Under the pieces are notes generated by a model. The model searched no databases and was not told the origin of the DNA. It saw only the letters and a program-made list of their open reading frames with translations. From Camelus ferus (Eukaryota), in contig NC_045697.1 in NCBI RefSeq assembly GCF_009834535.1, positions 99,822,001-99,882,000 on the forward strand: a stretch of 60,000 nucleotides of DNA. The letters run 5' to 3'. Position numbers and translations under genes: made by a program. This document shows positions 25,421 to 39,457 of the stretch, piece by piece; position 1 is the first letter of the stretch, and each line of letters opens with the position of its first letter.

Positions 25421-26198
25421 AGTCCGTAGAAGAGATGACGTATCTATGGGAATGTTTAAAAGGCAGGAAGGAGATGGTCATTTTTGTTTTTGTTTGTTTT
25501 TAAGTAACTCCTCCTGACTTGGATTTCCCCGACCCCTGCTTCATTTAGGAGCTGAAGATTTTTCTTATGGCATAAAGGTTTAGTTTTATAGAGGGTGTAG
25601 TTTTGTTTATTACTCTTCTTAGCATTTCTGCCTTTCCCCTCTTGAATGGAAAATCAGCAATTAGCCAGGGTGTAATCTACTCCGTGTTCAACTTGTGTAC
25701 TTCGACCTGTAAGCCGTATGTAGTGTTCTTATTTGCTGGGATCACCTGGCCGTGGGACAGATATAACTGGAATTATCCAGAGGGGTTATGAAGACTTATT
25801 CCTTTTACAAACAATTCTTAGATATCGTATATTTGGTTTAATTGTTGCTTAGTTGGGGTCCTTTTGTTCTTGAGCCCCATTCTCAAAGAATGAGAAATTA
25901 AGATAGAGAACTGAGAGCTTGAATCTAACTAGTTTGACTTTTACAGATAAATTGTTTAAAAGTGATAAATTGACCATTTGACCAGCCATCATTTAATTAA
26001 CCTAAGTAGTATATATTACACCTATCGTTTCCTTAGATGACTTAACACTACTACAAAATAGACACGATGGAATGATATGATAGATATTAATATAATTTGG
26101 GGATTTAATGAGTTGGATAAACTGTAACTTTTCCTTTTTTAAAAATCCAATATAAGGTCATTAAACCTGTCATATATTTCCTTTTCCAGGAAAAAAAA

Positions 26199-26340
26199 AT
26201 GTTTATTTCTTTGTGGGAGTTCTTCTATGGGCACTTTTTTCGATTTTGGATGAAATGGCTCTTACGACAGATGACTGGAAAATGTGAATTGCAGCGAATT
26301 TTTGATACCTATGTAGGTGCACAAAGGACACACAGGATAG
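26199..26340 (+). CDS. ELMOD2: ELMOD2 coding exon 1 (gene exon 2; acceptor before 26190)
   Basis: MFISLWEFFYGHFFRFWMKWLLRQMTGKCELQRIFDTYVGAQRTHRI matches the ELMOD2 N-terminus; ttttccag acceptor, gtaatg donor; 142 nt. Confidence 0.97.
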
Positions 26341-26811
26341 GTAATGTTTTTCAAAAAATAATTAAAAAAATAAAAATTTAACTCTGAATGAATATTTTTT
26401 TCTCAGTACTGATAGTGACAGATGCACTTGTGTATCATAAGCAAGGCACTTAATCTCAGTTTCATGATCTTTGAAATCTAGCTTTGAATCCTTCCAGCTC
26501 TAAAACTGGTTATATAAAAGAAGCGAATTATTATTTGATTATTCATCCATGCAAAGCATTATCTTTTCTGGCTCCTGAAATTCATCAGTTGTACCTTAGA
26601 TTATACTTGCAGCCAACTTTCTAGAGAAAAATCTCTGCGCTTTATATAAGCCTTTTGAAATTTTTACTCAAGTGAGGGGGAAGAGAGTATTTGGATCTAG
26701 ATCCATTTTTATATTCATCTTTCATCAGAGAGTCTTGTAATCTCTTATGTAATTCATAAAAGAACAATAGTAGATATCTAGTGATCCCTGGGAAAGATGA
26801 TTAAACTCAAA

Positions 26812-27117
26812 ATCTGCTGTGTCCTGTACTATAGCCAGTAGCCACACTGAAATGTGATTAATATGAATTGAGATGTGCAGAAGTGTAAGATACACGCTGG
26901 ATTTCAGTGGCTTTATATGAAAAAAGAATGTAAAGGTATCTCAATAATTACTTATATTCATTGTATATTGAAATAATATTTGGATATATAGGGGTAAAAT
27001 GTATTAACATTAATTTTATCTGTTTCTTTTACTCTAACATGGCTACTAGAAAATTTTAGAGTATATATGTGATTCACATTTGGCTTGTGTGATATTTCTG
27101 TTGAACGGTACTGCTCC
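26812..27117. mobile_element. MER33/MER3-like DNA transposon
   Basis: atagccagtagccaca..tgaaatgtg..aattgagatgtgc..aagtgtaa..tacacgctggatttc...acatggctactagaaaatttt. Confidence 0.75.
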
Positions 27118-28247
27118 AGGACCTTCTAAACTATCGGCTTTTAATGCTTGATAGAAAATATTGCTTTAAATTTGAAAACAGTGCTGTAAATTAGAACACA
27201 GATGAGTGAGAAGTAGGATGGAGGTCATTTCCCTTTGGCCAGAGTCAGGAATCCCAGGGATCAGCTACAGTTCATGTTCACTGTGTTAAATGAAAAATCA
27301 TGACTCAACCAGAGCCTCTTTTGTGTTGAATAAGTGTGCTTCAAGTAAGAGATCCACCCCTGTAAGATCTGAGGAGTGGGTGTTGGTATCCAAGATGACA
27401 GGAGACAAATGACAGACATAAAGAGGGAGTAAGCCTCAGGGCAGCTGGATGATTGAAGTTTAATTCCTTCCCTAGGTTTTTCACAACTTTGTGGCTGACT
27501 GAAATTATCGCCTCCTCTTGCCCTTTTGACTGCTCTGAGAAGAACAGAGTACCTCTTGATAAGAAATCTTAGCAACATCGGTTAGTGTTTTATAGCATGG
27601 GGGAAGAACATATTAAGGCTTTATTTTGTGGCAAGAGCATTTTTTCTTGAATTTCTCGAATTGCTGAGAAAAGGAGACTGTTTACTATTTGCCAGAAAAA
27701 TTTGTAAATAGACCAGTAAAAACTATTCTTGTTATTCTTGAAGCAGAAAACAAGAACAGAAAAGCTATTTTGCTCTTTGATTAGAGGATGGTTGTCCAAA
27801 TAATTTAAAGTCTTCATTTTTGTCCCTTTATTGTTGTGTGCTTCATTTGCTAGCTCCTCAAAAATAAATGCTTACTTCCTAAGGCTAACACGTGAATAAA
27901 ATGTAATATAGAGCACTCTCACTGTTCTTAAGATGAGTTTCTGGAACCCAAGCTATTCTGAGGCAGCCATGTTGGTAGACACTTTGGAGTCTGCACAGAA
28001 ACATGATTCTGGGGAAATTAGGTTGGTCTCACCTCTTTGGCTCTGGTATGTTGTGTAGGGTTGAAGATTTTGGAATTATACTAATACTGTAAGGATAAAA
28101 TTGTAAACTGTTTTCTATGTTATTCATGTAGAAATTATGTCTTCTAGAACTTAACTTACTACTAGCTTGATATTTATACTATTTGTTTATGGGGTAAATC
28201 ACAAATAGCATTTAAGTAATAATATTCTTTTTCCTTTTTCATTTCAG

Positions 28248-28276
28248 AAAATTCCTTGACATGCTCCAAGAATAAG
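28248..28276 (+). CDS. ELMOD2: ELMOD2 exon 3 (29 nt)
   Basis: tttcag|AA AAT TCC TTG ACA TGC TCC AAG AAT AAG|gtagga encodes (E)NSLTCSKNK; frame consistent. Confidence 0.93.
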
Positions 28277-28714
28277 GTAGGATCATATCAAGGTAACAAT
28301 TCTAGAAAATTTAACTTGAAGATACATTTTCTTTAAAAGAATGCCTCACTTTTAGAATTAATTATTTTAAATGTCCTGCTAGAAGAGTCTTTGCTATAAA
28401 GAGTATTGAATGAAACCTTCACACTTTAGAAGTAATATTCTATGTTTAAAACGTTTTTCTCTTTGTATGTGTGTGTGCATGTGTGCTACTCCTGCACAAA
28501 GAAAGTATTTGAATAATTTGTCCTATTCTGAAGTTTTGCTTGTTTTTTGACTTCAAAAATTGATAGCTTTTGGGAAAGCAGGGTCTTGGGAAAACCTTCT
28601 CATGGACTGTGTCCTTAGGGTAGGTTCTTATGTGAGAGAAAAGCAACGAATTTTGGATAATTATAGAAAACCCTGGGTCATGTTCCTTTTAATCCAAAAT
28701 AAATTATACCTCAT

Positions 28715-29120
28715 GCTATTTATCAATCAGGTGATGCTGTGTAACAAAGTTATACAATCTCAGGGCTTATAACAACATATGATTCATTTCTTGCTCTTGT
28801 GTCTATGGGCCAACTGGAGAGGCTCTTCTTCAAGCTGTTGCCAAGTTTAGGTCTGTTCCAGCTGTCTCATTCTGGGACCCAGGTTGAAAAGGTACCTGGG
28901 AAACGTTCTTCTCACAGTGGATCATTGAGGGTCCAACCACACAGACATATTTTGAGCTTCCTTGTGTCATGGCCATTAATATCCCTAAAGTAAGTTACAT
29001 GGCCAAGCCCAAGTCACAGGGTGGACATGCATTATCCCCACCATAAGGCCGTGTTAGGCATGTGGGTATATAGTTCAATTATAGAGGAGTGAAAAATGGG
29101 GACCAGTAATTCATGCTGTA
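28715..29120 (-). mobile_element. MLT1-like MaLR LTR
   Basis: gatgctgtgtaacaa...atctcagggcttataacaaca..attcatttcttgctc...aagtaagttacatggccaagcccaa. Confidence 0.6.
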
Positions 29121-29529
29121 TTTCCCTGTAGTAATTCACAATATTTTTCTCTCAATTTGCTGTGGCAAAGGTGGAGTATGGGTCATCTAGACCATTGTTT
29201 GAAATCCCATAGTAAATCACAACAAAAGGAATGGAATAGAAAATAATTAGAAACACTGGTCATAGTAAGGTTAAATACTATTTTATGAAAATTTAATTTT
29301 AGTTATCTATATGTGTGTGCATCTGTATTTTAGATATCCATATGTATGTTTGTATTTGGTCATGGTGTACATTGTGGATCAAGAATGTAGGGTTAAAAAA
29401 TATTGACTTGCTGCTGTCTAGTGGTATTGATACAAGTCACTGATTCATGCCAGAAAGAAAATGGACATTGTTGAATGTCACAGGCATATCAGTTTGATAG
29501 GAGTTCACTAGCAAAGCTAATATCAGAGG

Positions 29530-30790
29530 ATTTTTTAATGCAAAATTTTAAAATTACAGATTCCATTTATTAGGCATATGACTATTTAGGTTTCTTACAT
29601 TTCTTTTTGTGTTAGTTTTGATAAACTATGTTTTTTAAAAGCACTTTATCTCTTTCATCTAAGCGATCGAATTTATTGGCATAAAGTTGTCCATAGTATT
29701 TCCTTATACTTTAGTGACTATAGGCTGTAGTAATGCCCCCTCTGTCATTCCTGATATTGGCAATTTGGGTTTCCTCTCTTTCTTGATCAGTGTTGCTAGA
29801 GGGTTATTAGTAGTATTAATCTTTTCAAAGAATCACAATTTGAGTTTGTTGATATTTCCTATTTTTATCTGTTTACTATTTTGTTAATTTTTTAATCCTA
29901 TTTTTATTATGTCCTTCCTTTTATTTACTTTGGATTTAGTTTTCTGTCTTCTAGTTTCTTAAGGAATAAGCATAGCTCACTGATTTCAGGCCTTTAAAAA
30001 CTACTTTGGGTGTACTTCACAAATTTTGATATGTTGTGTTTTCATTATCATTCAGCTCAATTTTCTTTGTAAATTTCCCTTATTAGTGCTTCTCTGATCC
30101 ATGGGTTACTCAGATTTTTAAATTGCAGGTATTTAGGGATTTTCTAGATGTTACATTTTTCTTATTTCTAATTTAGTACTATTGGGGACAGAAAACATAC
30201 TCTGTAAACATTCAGCCCTTTGAAACTTACTGAGACTTGTTTAAAGACCTGGCATATGATGTATCTATGTGAATGTTCCATGTGTACTTGAGAATATGTA
30301 TTTCGCATTTGTTGGGTGTAGCAGTCTATAAATGTTAATAGGTCAAGATGGTTAATAGTATTGTTCAAATTATATAGACCCTTCTGATTTTTTTTTTTTC
30401 TTTTTGTACTATCAATTAATGAGAGAAGTGTGTTAAAGTTTCCAGCTACGATTGTGGATTCATACATTTCTCCCTTTGGTTAAGTCAGTTTTTGCTTCAA
30501 GTATTTGACAGCTTTGTTAATAAGTGCATACACTTTTAACACTGTTACATGTTCTTGATAAATTAACCCTTCTATAATCAACAATAACAACAAAAAAGAT
30601 TTAGTGTCTGTTAATGCTCCAAGTTTATACTTTCTGAAAGAAAGCTGCAGCAGCCTTTTTATGCTTATCGTTTGCATAGTATATGCTTTTACTTTCTATA
30701 CGTTTGTGTGTTTATCTTTAGAATATGCTTCCTGAAACAACATGCAGTTAGTTAGGTCTTGCTTTTTTATTCAACTGTCAATCTCCAGTT
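29530..30790 (-). mobile_element. Old LINE-1 ORF2 fragment (endonuclease to linker), minus orientation
   Basis: Minus ORFs 30168-30467 (STIVAGNFNTLLSLID, cf. TIIVGDFNTPLS) and 30480-30677 (GLIYQEHVTVLKVYALINKAVKYLKQKLT). The left end corresponds to the EMDKFL..NLNRPI linker region. Confidence 0.85.
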
Positions 30791-32789
30791 TATTCTCTAA
30801 ACTTTTGGTAGGTCTTTGATTCCCAATCAAAAACAAATTAACATGCTGAATGGAGGAGAAATATAACCCATTACAACACTGTCTAAGTTCTCATGGATCT
30901 CATTCAATACTGGAATATAGAGTAACGCAGGTCAGCAATTCTAAAACTTTCTTTCTTAATCTCAAACTATGTAAGCACTCAAAGACCCTTTTCTTAACAA
31001 TGTTTACTTTTGAGCTGAAGAAAAAGTAGGTGATAATAAACAAGAGAGCAATATACACAACTCACATATATTTTATAAGAAAATAATACATGCTTATGCA
31101 TATGATTTGATTATAAAACAACATTCAATGAACATAAAAGTAACATAGTCTTTTATTACACCTGCCCTGATGGTAGGTTCCAAATTATATGGCTAGCACA
31201 CATTTATAGCATCAACAGTGAGTTTCACTCTGCAAGCAAATTTGGGGAAATTACATATACATTTGTATTCATATATTCACAGAATGTGAATGTTTCATTT
31301 TTGAATCATAATGCCTATGTGGTTATATACTTGAAGATTAGGTACTTGAAATCTAGTTTTTGGAAAATTATAGAGACAAAAAATATGCAAATGTGTATTA
31401 CTATACCATCAAACCACAGAACACTAAACTGATGCCATAAAACTAATTTATCATTCAGTAGCTAGAATGTTGTCATTAATATTTAAGAGCTAATACAGCA
31501 GCTGCAATCGAAAAACAACCAATCAAAAACACTATTAGACTGACAAAGTATTTTTTTCCTAAATTTCAGATTTTTCAAATACTCATATAACCATAAGTAC
31601 AGTGGAGCTTTGCAAAATTATACGTTGACTAGCAGCCAGACCTCTTAGAAGAATACTGAACTAGACTCAAGTTCTAATAAGGTTTTCATTTTCATTGATA
31701 AATCCCAAAGTTTAATAACCCTAAATAACAACTGATGAGTGGTCCTAATTAAAATACAAGCAAATGAAACTCAATCTTTAACAATCAAAGAAAGAATCCC
31801 CATATGGAACAGTTCACAACTCCATAGGACCACACTACCATTGCATTAGGAACTGGCCTTAATAGATTAAAATCACATTTATGCACAGCAATCATCAGTA
31901 AAGTATTTAAATAACTAAGAGGTTTTCATGTATATTTCAAACTTCTAAAAACTGTGTAGTATATATTGATTTAATCCCATCATCACTAATATTACTAGTA
32001 ACTCCTATTTTTTGGATACCAATCAAATGCTGGGCATTCTCTTAGACTAATCCTAAAACAACCATGTTGGTATTAATACTTTTACCATGAGAAAATAAGT
32101 AACTTGTACAAAGTCAAACAACTGAGAAATAATAAAATCAGAATCTGCACCCAGACTTTTCATAGAAATAAAAAAGTAGATCAGATTAATAAGAAAAACA
32201 CAAAATCAATTCAATTTTACTCTACAAAATAAATGAAATACACAAATGAGATGCAATACACACCATAAAGTACATGTTTAAACTGATGAGACTTCCTCCA
32301 TTAGCTTATTGACAAGTTTACCTTAGATTTAAAACTTTGAGAAACAAAGCTCCTGTTACTTAATTCAGTAAGTATTTAACTACCCACTTGTTGACATTTC
32401 TTTTGGAGTATGCCCTCCAAAAATCTGAAACTGAGTTCCCAGTTCCAGAACCTCTCCAGAGATTCAGCTACAATTTATGATACTGTTACTTTGTGAAAGT
32501 GCATCCTAAACTTCAATTAGTGGAACTATAGGGGTAGATACATATAAACAAAATTTTGGAACCAGCAACTTGTTAACTTTCTAGATCCCTACAATCTCAT
32601 TTAAAAAAAACAAAACAGTAATCACTCTATAAGATTTTGAACAAAAGAGTAGGACTCTAGACTCTTCCCCCTTAAAAATTCACTCATGTATATGTTATTC
32701 TTATATTGACCATTCTTAAGTAAAAGACTAAATCAGTAAAAGAAAAAAATAATACAGCTATTACATAAACTCCTAGAACATCAAGTAGG

Positions 32790-34775
32790 AAGCAACACAT
32801 TTTATGAGGCAAGTTAAATCCTGATACTAAAACCAGACAAGGACAATATAATAAAAGAAAATTACAAATCAATATCCTTCATGAATATAGATGCAAAAAT
32901 TCTTCATTAGCAAATTGATCCTAGTAATGTATGAAAAGAATAATATATCATGATTAAGTTTTCAAAATCAATGAATGCAACTTACCACATTAACAAAGTA
33001 AATTAGAAAAATAGGATCATTTCAGTAGTTACTGGAAAACTATTTGGCAGAACTCAATACCCATTCATGATTAAAAACACCCAACTAACTAGGAAATAAA
33101 AGGAACTTCCTCATCCTATTAAAGGCTGTCTATGGAAAACCTGCGGCTCACATGATAGACGACGCTAAAATATTGAATGCTGTCCACATTCAGTTGAGAA
33201 CAAGGCAAGAATGTTTACTCTCCTTTTGTTCAGCATTGTTCTAGAGGTCCTAGGCAGCGTAGTAAGGCGAGAAAAAGAAATCTAAGACGTAATAATTGAA
33301 AAGAAAGAGGGAAAGCTGTCTTTACTAACAGATGACAGTTTGTGAGTATAGAAAATCCTAAGAAATCTACAAAAACTACTATCATTATTAAGTGAATTTA
33401 GCAATGTCATGAGGCACAGTCTACTTCTATACGTTAAAAACAAACTTGGAAAACAAAAAAAAAGAACAGTTCCATTTATGGTAGCATCCAGAAACATAAG
33501 ATACTCAGGGATACATTTAATGAAAGATATGCAAGACTAACACAATAAAACTTTTCCTGAGAAAACTTAAAATGGAAACATATTATTGTATTCATCAATT
33601 GGAAGAGTCAATATTGTTAAGGTGCTAATCCTCAAACTAAACCTATGGTTTCAATGCAATTCCAATCAAAATCATAGCAAGCTATTTTTGAAGAGAGTGG
33701 CTAGGTCACTTAAAGTTTATACAAAATTTTAAGAGACCTGGTTTAGCCCAAATAAACTTCTAAAAGAATAAAGTTAGAAGACTTAATCTACCTGACTTCA
33801 AGACTTTCTAGGCAAGTAGATAAATATAACAGATGAGAGAACAGAAATACATGCATACTTTTTAACAAAGATACTAAAGCAAGTTAATTCAGTGAGTACA
33901 GGAAAGTATTGGAAAAGCAAGAAATAATGCTGGAACAACTGGATACCCAAATTGGGGGTGGGGTGGAGAGGCTTAGTTCCTGTCTCCCTCCACATGTAAA
34001 AATTAATTTGATATGGAGTTTAGACCTATGTTTAAACTAAAACTTTAAGGCTTCTCAAAGAATGCACAGGAGAATATGTATCTTCCACCATAAGTTAAGC
34101 AAAAATTTCTTTTGGAGAAGACACAGTGCTATCGCTTAAGAGAGATTAGACTTCATCAAAATAAAAACTACCTATCAAGGATGCCTTTTAAAAATGAATA
34201 GGCAAGCGACAGACAGAGTATTTGCAGCACATATATCTGATTGGGGACTTATACCTAGTAAAGAACTTTTAGAACTCAGTAATAAAAAACAGTTTTTAAA
34301 AGGGCAAAAGCCTCAAATAGTCACTTCACAAAGAAAAAAAATATTATTTGTAATAGTCTAAAATTGGAAATGATGCAAATACCCATCACCAGGAGAATGA
34401 ATAAGCAAACTGAGGTGTATTCATACAGTGGAGTACTACTCAGCAATCGGAAGGAACAAATTACTGATAAAAGCAAGAGTATGGATGAATCCTAGAAACA
34501 TGTTGAACAAAAGAAGCCAGACACAAGAGTATGTACTTTATGATTCTATTTATATGCACACTACAAAGTTGTGATAGAAATCAGAACAGTGGTTGCTTTT
34601 TGGAGGAGGGATTGATTGGGAAGGGGGCATGAGGGAACTTTCTGGGGCAATGGAAGTATTCTGTATTTTGATCAGGATGTTGATTATTGGGGTATGTGGA
34701 TCTGTCAAAACTGATCAAACTGAATATGACATCCTTCCTTTCATTGTATTAAAATTACACCTCAATTTAAAGAAA
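32790..34775 (+). mobile_element. Old LINE-1 ORF2 RT-to-3' UTR fragment, plus orientation
   Basis: Starts at ttttatgaggcaag..cctgatactaaaaccagacaagg (FYEAS..LIPKPDK), then atgaatatagatgcaaaaat, aacaaggcaagaatg, tggaagagtcaatattgttaag and an L1M-type 3' UTR ending tacacctcaatttaaa. Confidence 0.88.
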
Positions 34776-36431
34776 AGGAATGGAATAGTGTATAATGGCA
34801 AAAGAATTTCCTGAGAGATAAGACATCATTTCTAGTCTGAACTCTGTCTCTAAATTTATGTGTTTTGGGTAAGTTCATTCAATTAGCTAGTCATTCATTC
34901 ACAATATAAGAGCAAATAAAAGAGACAAAGTCTACTGAAGAGTAAACAGCTATGGTGTAGCAAGTGCTCTCTACCTGAGGGGTGAGCGTCAGGGTGGCAG
35001 TTAACTCCAGGGTGGAAGACTTCACAGAGGAGGGGACGTTTGACTGGGTTTTTCATGTTTTAGGTGTTTGTAGTTTGTGCAAAAGTTTCTACCCATGGTG
35101 AAGGTAACCCTTTTACTGGTTCTAGTGTTTTTAGCTTCAGGACATTTCCTTTAGCCATATTATCCCAGGGTTTGACCAACTAGACCTTGGTGACCATATC
35201 TGCATCCTACTGATTATAAGTCTTTGATCATTTTCCTTCTCACTTTTTTAGTTTGCTTTAGTTTCCTTTTCCTTCCTTTCCTTCCAACCCTAAGTTTCCT
35301 TCCTTCCCTCCAACCCTCCCTTCCTTTCTCTGTCTCTTCCTTCCTTCTTTTAAAATAATCTTATGCATTGCTATACATGTCTTTCACTGAAACAGTTGCC
35401 TTTCTTAAGGTTTTCATCCATTGAATGTTTCTGTTCAATAATTATTTGTCAGTTATTTCTTAAATGCAGGATGTGAAAAGATGAGCTAGGTATAGTCTCT
35501 GTCCTCAGAGAATTTTCCACTTAATATATACAAATAACTATAATATAGAAAGTGGTAGGAGTCATAGAAAGGTTACAGATAAATTATTATGGGAATTCCA
35601 AGAGAGGAGAGATTAATTCCACTTGAATAGAATCAGGGAATGCTTCCTGGATCTGGTAAGTGAGCTAGCTTAAAACTGGGAGGGATTAATATGTTTAGAG
35701 ATTGGGGAAAGGAGCATTCAGAAGAAAGGCCCAGGATATGCAGAGGCTGAACTCCAGGTAGGATTAGATTATTTTGCCTGGAGTATAAAGAATATCAGGG
35801 AATTTTCATAGTAGCTTACAGAGGCATAAAAGTTAAAGAAACCTTTTAAGGGTAAGGAAAGCCTGAATTTGCTTTTGTTGAAAGGAAGGATCTGGTGGAC
35901 ATTTACAGGCTGTATTATTTAAGAAGTCTGTTTTATATGCATAGAAAAAAAGACTGGAAGGACATATGCTGATCTGTTACTAGTAGCTGTCTCTCATGGT
36001 AGGATTTACAGGATTACTTGACTTTTCTTCTTTTTGCTCTTCTGCATTACTTTTTTTTTTTTTTTTTTTACTTCTGCATCATTTTTGTACATATATTTTT
36101 ATTATGGAACTTAAATTTTATGAAAAGTGTCTGCTTCATAAGCACAGTGTTGGGGTAGCTTATTTGCTAAGAACTATCAGCTGAGAACCTGTTGATTCTC
36201 AGTTAAAAGGACTTCATCTGATACATCATGCTGCTTTCTTCTATCTTATGAATGTATATATGTATATATCTATGATTTTAGCTCTACTGAAAATTTGAAA
36301 CAAATTTGGTTTCTTTTTTTTTTTTTGCATTTTAATACATGCATTATAAAGTTGGCCAAACACCTCAAACTTACTGTTGTTTTTCAGCTCTAAGGAATTT
36401 TTCTCATTCAGCTTTTTTTCCCCATATATAG

Positions 36432-36529
36432 ATTTTACAGAAAGCGACACATGTTGTTCAGAGTGAAGTGGACAGATGTGTAGAAGATATAATGAAGGAA
36501 AAGAATATTAACCCTGAGAAAGACATCAG
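36432..36529 (+). CDS. ELMOD2: ELMOD2 exon 4 (98 nt)
   Basis: tatag|ILQKATHVVQSEVDRCVEDIMKEKNINPEKDI(S)|gtatgt. Confidence 0.94.
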
Positions 36530-38075
36530 GTATGTGTTTTTACAGTTTTCTTGTTTCTCATGCACTCGCATCCTGTGAGGTTGGAGATCACACACGTTGT
36601 GAAACATTAGAGCGAAAGATTTGGAAGGTCATCAAATTTATCCCTTTTCCTCCCTCACTGAGGAAGTGAGGTCCAGAGAGGTGAGTGATAGAAGTAGGAC
36701 TAAAGGCTCTATCTTTTAGTTCCCAACCCAGTACTCTTGCCGGTTAGTCACCTGCCTTCTTTAAGGAAACTTACCATCACTTTCCCAAAGTTAAATAACT
36801 TTGGCTCCTGTGTCCTTCTTGTCCTTCAAGATTCAGTTCCTCTGTCCTCCAGGAAGGTCCTCGATCATAGCATTTAGCCCGTTGTCCTGTAGGCATTGAT
36901 TTGCTCTTGTTCTTCCCCTAGTAAATTCTAAGTTCTGTAGGAGAAGGACCGGACTTACTCCATTTTTGTGTTACCAGCTCAAGTATATTGAGATAGTATT
37001 GAGCAATTTTTTTCTTCATTCTCTATTTTCTATGTAAATATTGAGGAAGGAGTCATTTATTTTGGCTGGAACAGGGAAGGGTACAGGAGGGAACTGAGAC
37101 TATAATTCCACAGAGGCTGGATCTTGTTGAATGGGTAGAGGAGGACATTCTGTGCAGAGGAACAGTGCCAACAAGTTACAGAGTCCTTGAGTATCTGGGA
37201 ATGACAAGGAGTCCTCTGTAGCTGGAGCATTGAATAGGTGCAGAGAAGAGGTTGGAGAAATGAGTGGAGTGTGAGCTTGGAGATCCACTGCAAGGAGTCT
37301 CGTGTGCCACACTGAGATTTAGATGTTTTCCTCTGATTTGTTTTTTTTTCAAGCGAACAAACTTGATATATTATCAGATAAATCTTTTAGGAAGATGGAG
37401 GGTAAATTTGAGGATGTTGGAGGCTGGTAGAAGGAATAAAGACAGAACAGTTAGGAAACAGAGTCATTCAGGTATGAGACAATGAAGCCATAAATACACC
37501 AGGGTAAGAGGATATATGATGAGGGCTTTGAGGGACATTTCAGAGATAGAAAGGATAAGGGCTTGGGGACCTGTTGATGTCTTGTTGATGGAGAGGAAGT
37601 TCAGAACTCGGAGCATTCTAGCTTGGGGAACTACATGCTTAGTGAGCCCATTAATAGATGTAAAGCCTCAGTTAAAAAACGGCATGTTTCTTCAGGGCAG
37701 ATAAGCTGTTGCGTGTGTGCTGTGTGCTTCTATATACTTAGAAACTTAGGTCTGTTGGTAGCATCTGGTAATAGAGATTTGGGAATGCCTGGACTTGCCC
37801 AGAGAAAACATGAAAAGAAGAGGACAAATCACGGATTTGCAAGGTTTGCCTTTCCTACCCTGTCTTGCTCTCTTTCTAGGCCCTATTTGATGGTATCCTC
37901 GTGATAATACCTTGTATAATGTTTTGTGTTTACAGAAGCTCTTGATGCTTATTGTGTTAAAGTGCAGGCTAGGAAGTGCTTTCTAAATAAACATATGACC
38001 CACAGACTGGGGAAGGCATTACTTTATTGTGGTAAGAAGGTATGATTTAAAAATTAATAATTTTATCATTTTCAG

Positions 38076-38205
38076 TTTTAAAATCTGCATGAAGGCATGC
38101 TTACTGCAGATATCCGGTTATAAACAGCTCTATCTGTCTGTAGAGAATGTGAGAAAAAGGCCGTATGATTCCGATAACCTGCAACATGAAAAGCTCCTTC
38201 TCAAG
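38076..38205 (+). CDS. ELMOD2: ELMOD2 exon 5 (130 nt)
   Basis: tttcag|FKICMKACLLQISGYKQLYLSVENVRKRPYDSDNLQHEKLLLK|gtaagt. Confidence 0.96.
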
Positions 38206-39323
38206 GTAAGTTTTGGTGTTGTATGTTTGGAGAGTAAATAAATTTACCTGAACCTTCCTGTTTCTTGTTCCTGAAGTATGAGTGCATAAGGCCAGTGAGA
38301 TGCCGAAATGAGAGAATATTAGACCTGGAGTAAGCTTTCCAGATCATCTGATCTAGAACGTTCATTTTAGGGATGAGGTCAGTTCTAGGGCCTAGAGGAG
38401 ATGAAGTAATTTGCTTTAGAAGGTCCTAGAATGGTGAATTCTGAAATACAGCTGAGTCACCTGCCCATCCACTTCACCTATTCTGGTTGTGTTTTTAAAT
38501 GGTTAAAATTAGGGAAAATGGCACATTGCTCCTGGAGTTAGGCATTTGCTAGAACTAAAAGTGCTGGGGAAAAGTATGTTGATAGCATCTGAGTAACAGT
38601 AAGAGACAAGCTTAAGAACAATAAAACCTTTTACTTTTTTTCAGAAAGAGTATAAATATACACTTCTACTAATTTTAAAATTAAAAATAAAACTTGATTT
38701 TGTCAATGAGGATAATAAAAGTAACTAAAGGGCTGTTGCTGTGGATTGAATTTTTATATTTAAAGTGTTAGAATAGTGCCTGGCACTCCCTGAGGCTGGA
38801 CCACTCTTTATATCCTCCTTGTCATCACTATTTCCTTAACTTCAGACCCTTTCTGTGCAGTACTTTCCCTTTTGAAGGGGTAAGACACAAGTCCTAGCAT
38901 TTCAGTCAAGGGAATTTTCATCTTGGTGATTCATCATGAAACTCCTTTAGAGGTGAAGAGCCAGTTGCCAGCAGTGCCTGGCTAGCACTGTGTTCTTCTC
39001 CAGGAAGCAGTTTACCAATTCTGATATATATATGTTACTTAGTCAGTAAAGACATCTCATTGTCTTAGAATTTTGTGTATTTGTTGCCTTTTTAAAATCT
39101 ACTGTTCTTTATATCAATCTTTTGAATTGGAATAAGTATGTTACATTTTTTAGGATAATTGAAAAGTTCTTTAAATACAGCCTTCATTGAGCCTATGATT
39201 TGTCTACAAAAGTTGCTTAGTTGAAAGCATTCAAGTTACTAGTACATCAGCTATGAGAAGGAAAATGTCTTGGTAAATGAAGAGCTTCACTATTATTTGT
39301 AATATGGAAGCATGTTTGTACAG

Positions 39324-39457
39324 CTTTGGAATCTTCTAATGCCCACGAAAAAGTTGAAGGCCAGAATCTCCAAGCAGTGGGCTGACATTGGTTTCCAGGG
39401 TGATGATCCCAAAACAGACTTCAGAGGCATGGGCCTGCTTGGATTAATCAATCTTGT
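39324..39457 (+). CDS. ELMOD2: ELMOD2 exon 6 (134 nt), ELMO-domain GAP motif
   Basis: tacag|LWNLLMPTKKLKARISKQWADIGFQGDDPKTDFRGMGLLGLINL(V)|gtaagt; WxxIGFQGxDPxTDFRG motif intact. Confidence 0.97.

Noticed and set aside
24536..25481. Several overlapping 70-124 aa ORFs at the ELMOD2 5' end
   Set aside because: Typical stop-poor CpG-island artefacts rich in Arg, Gly, Ala and Pro; the real ELMOD2 start is at 26199.
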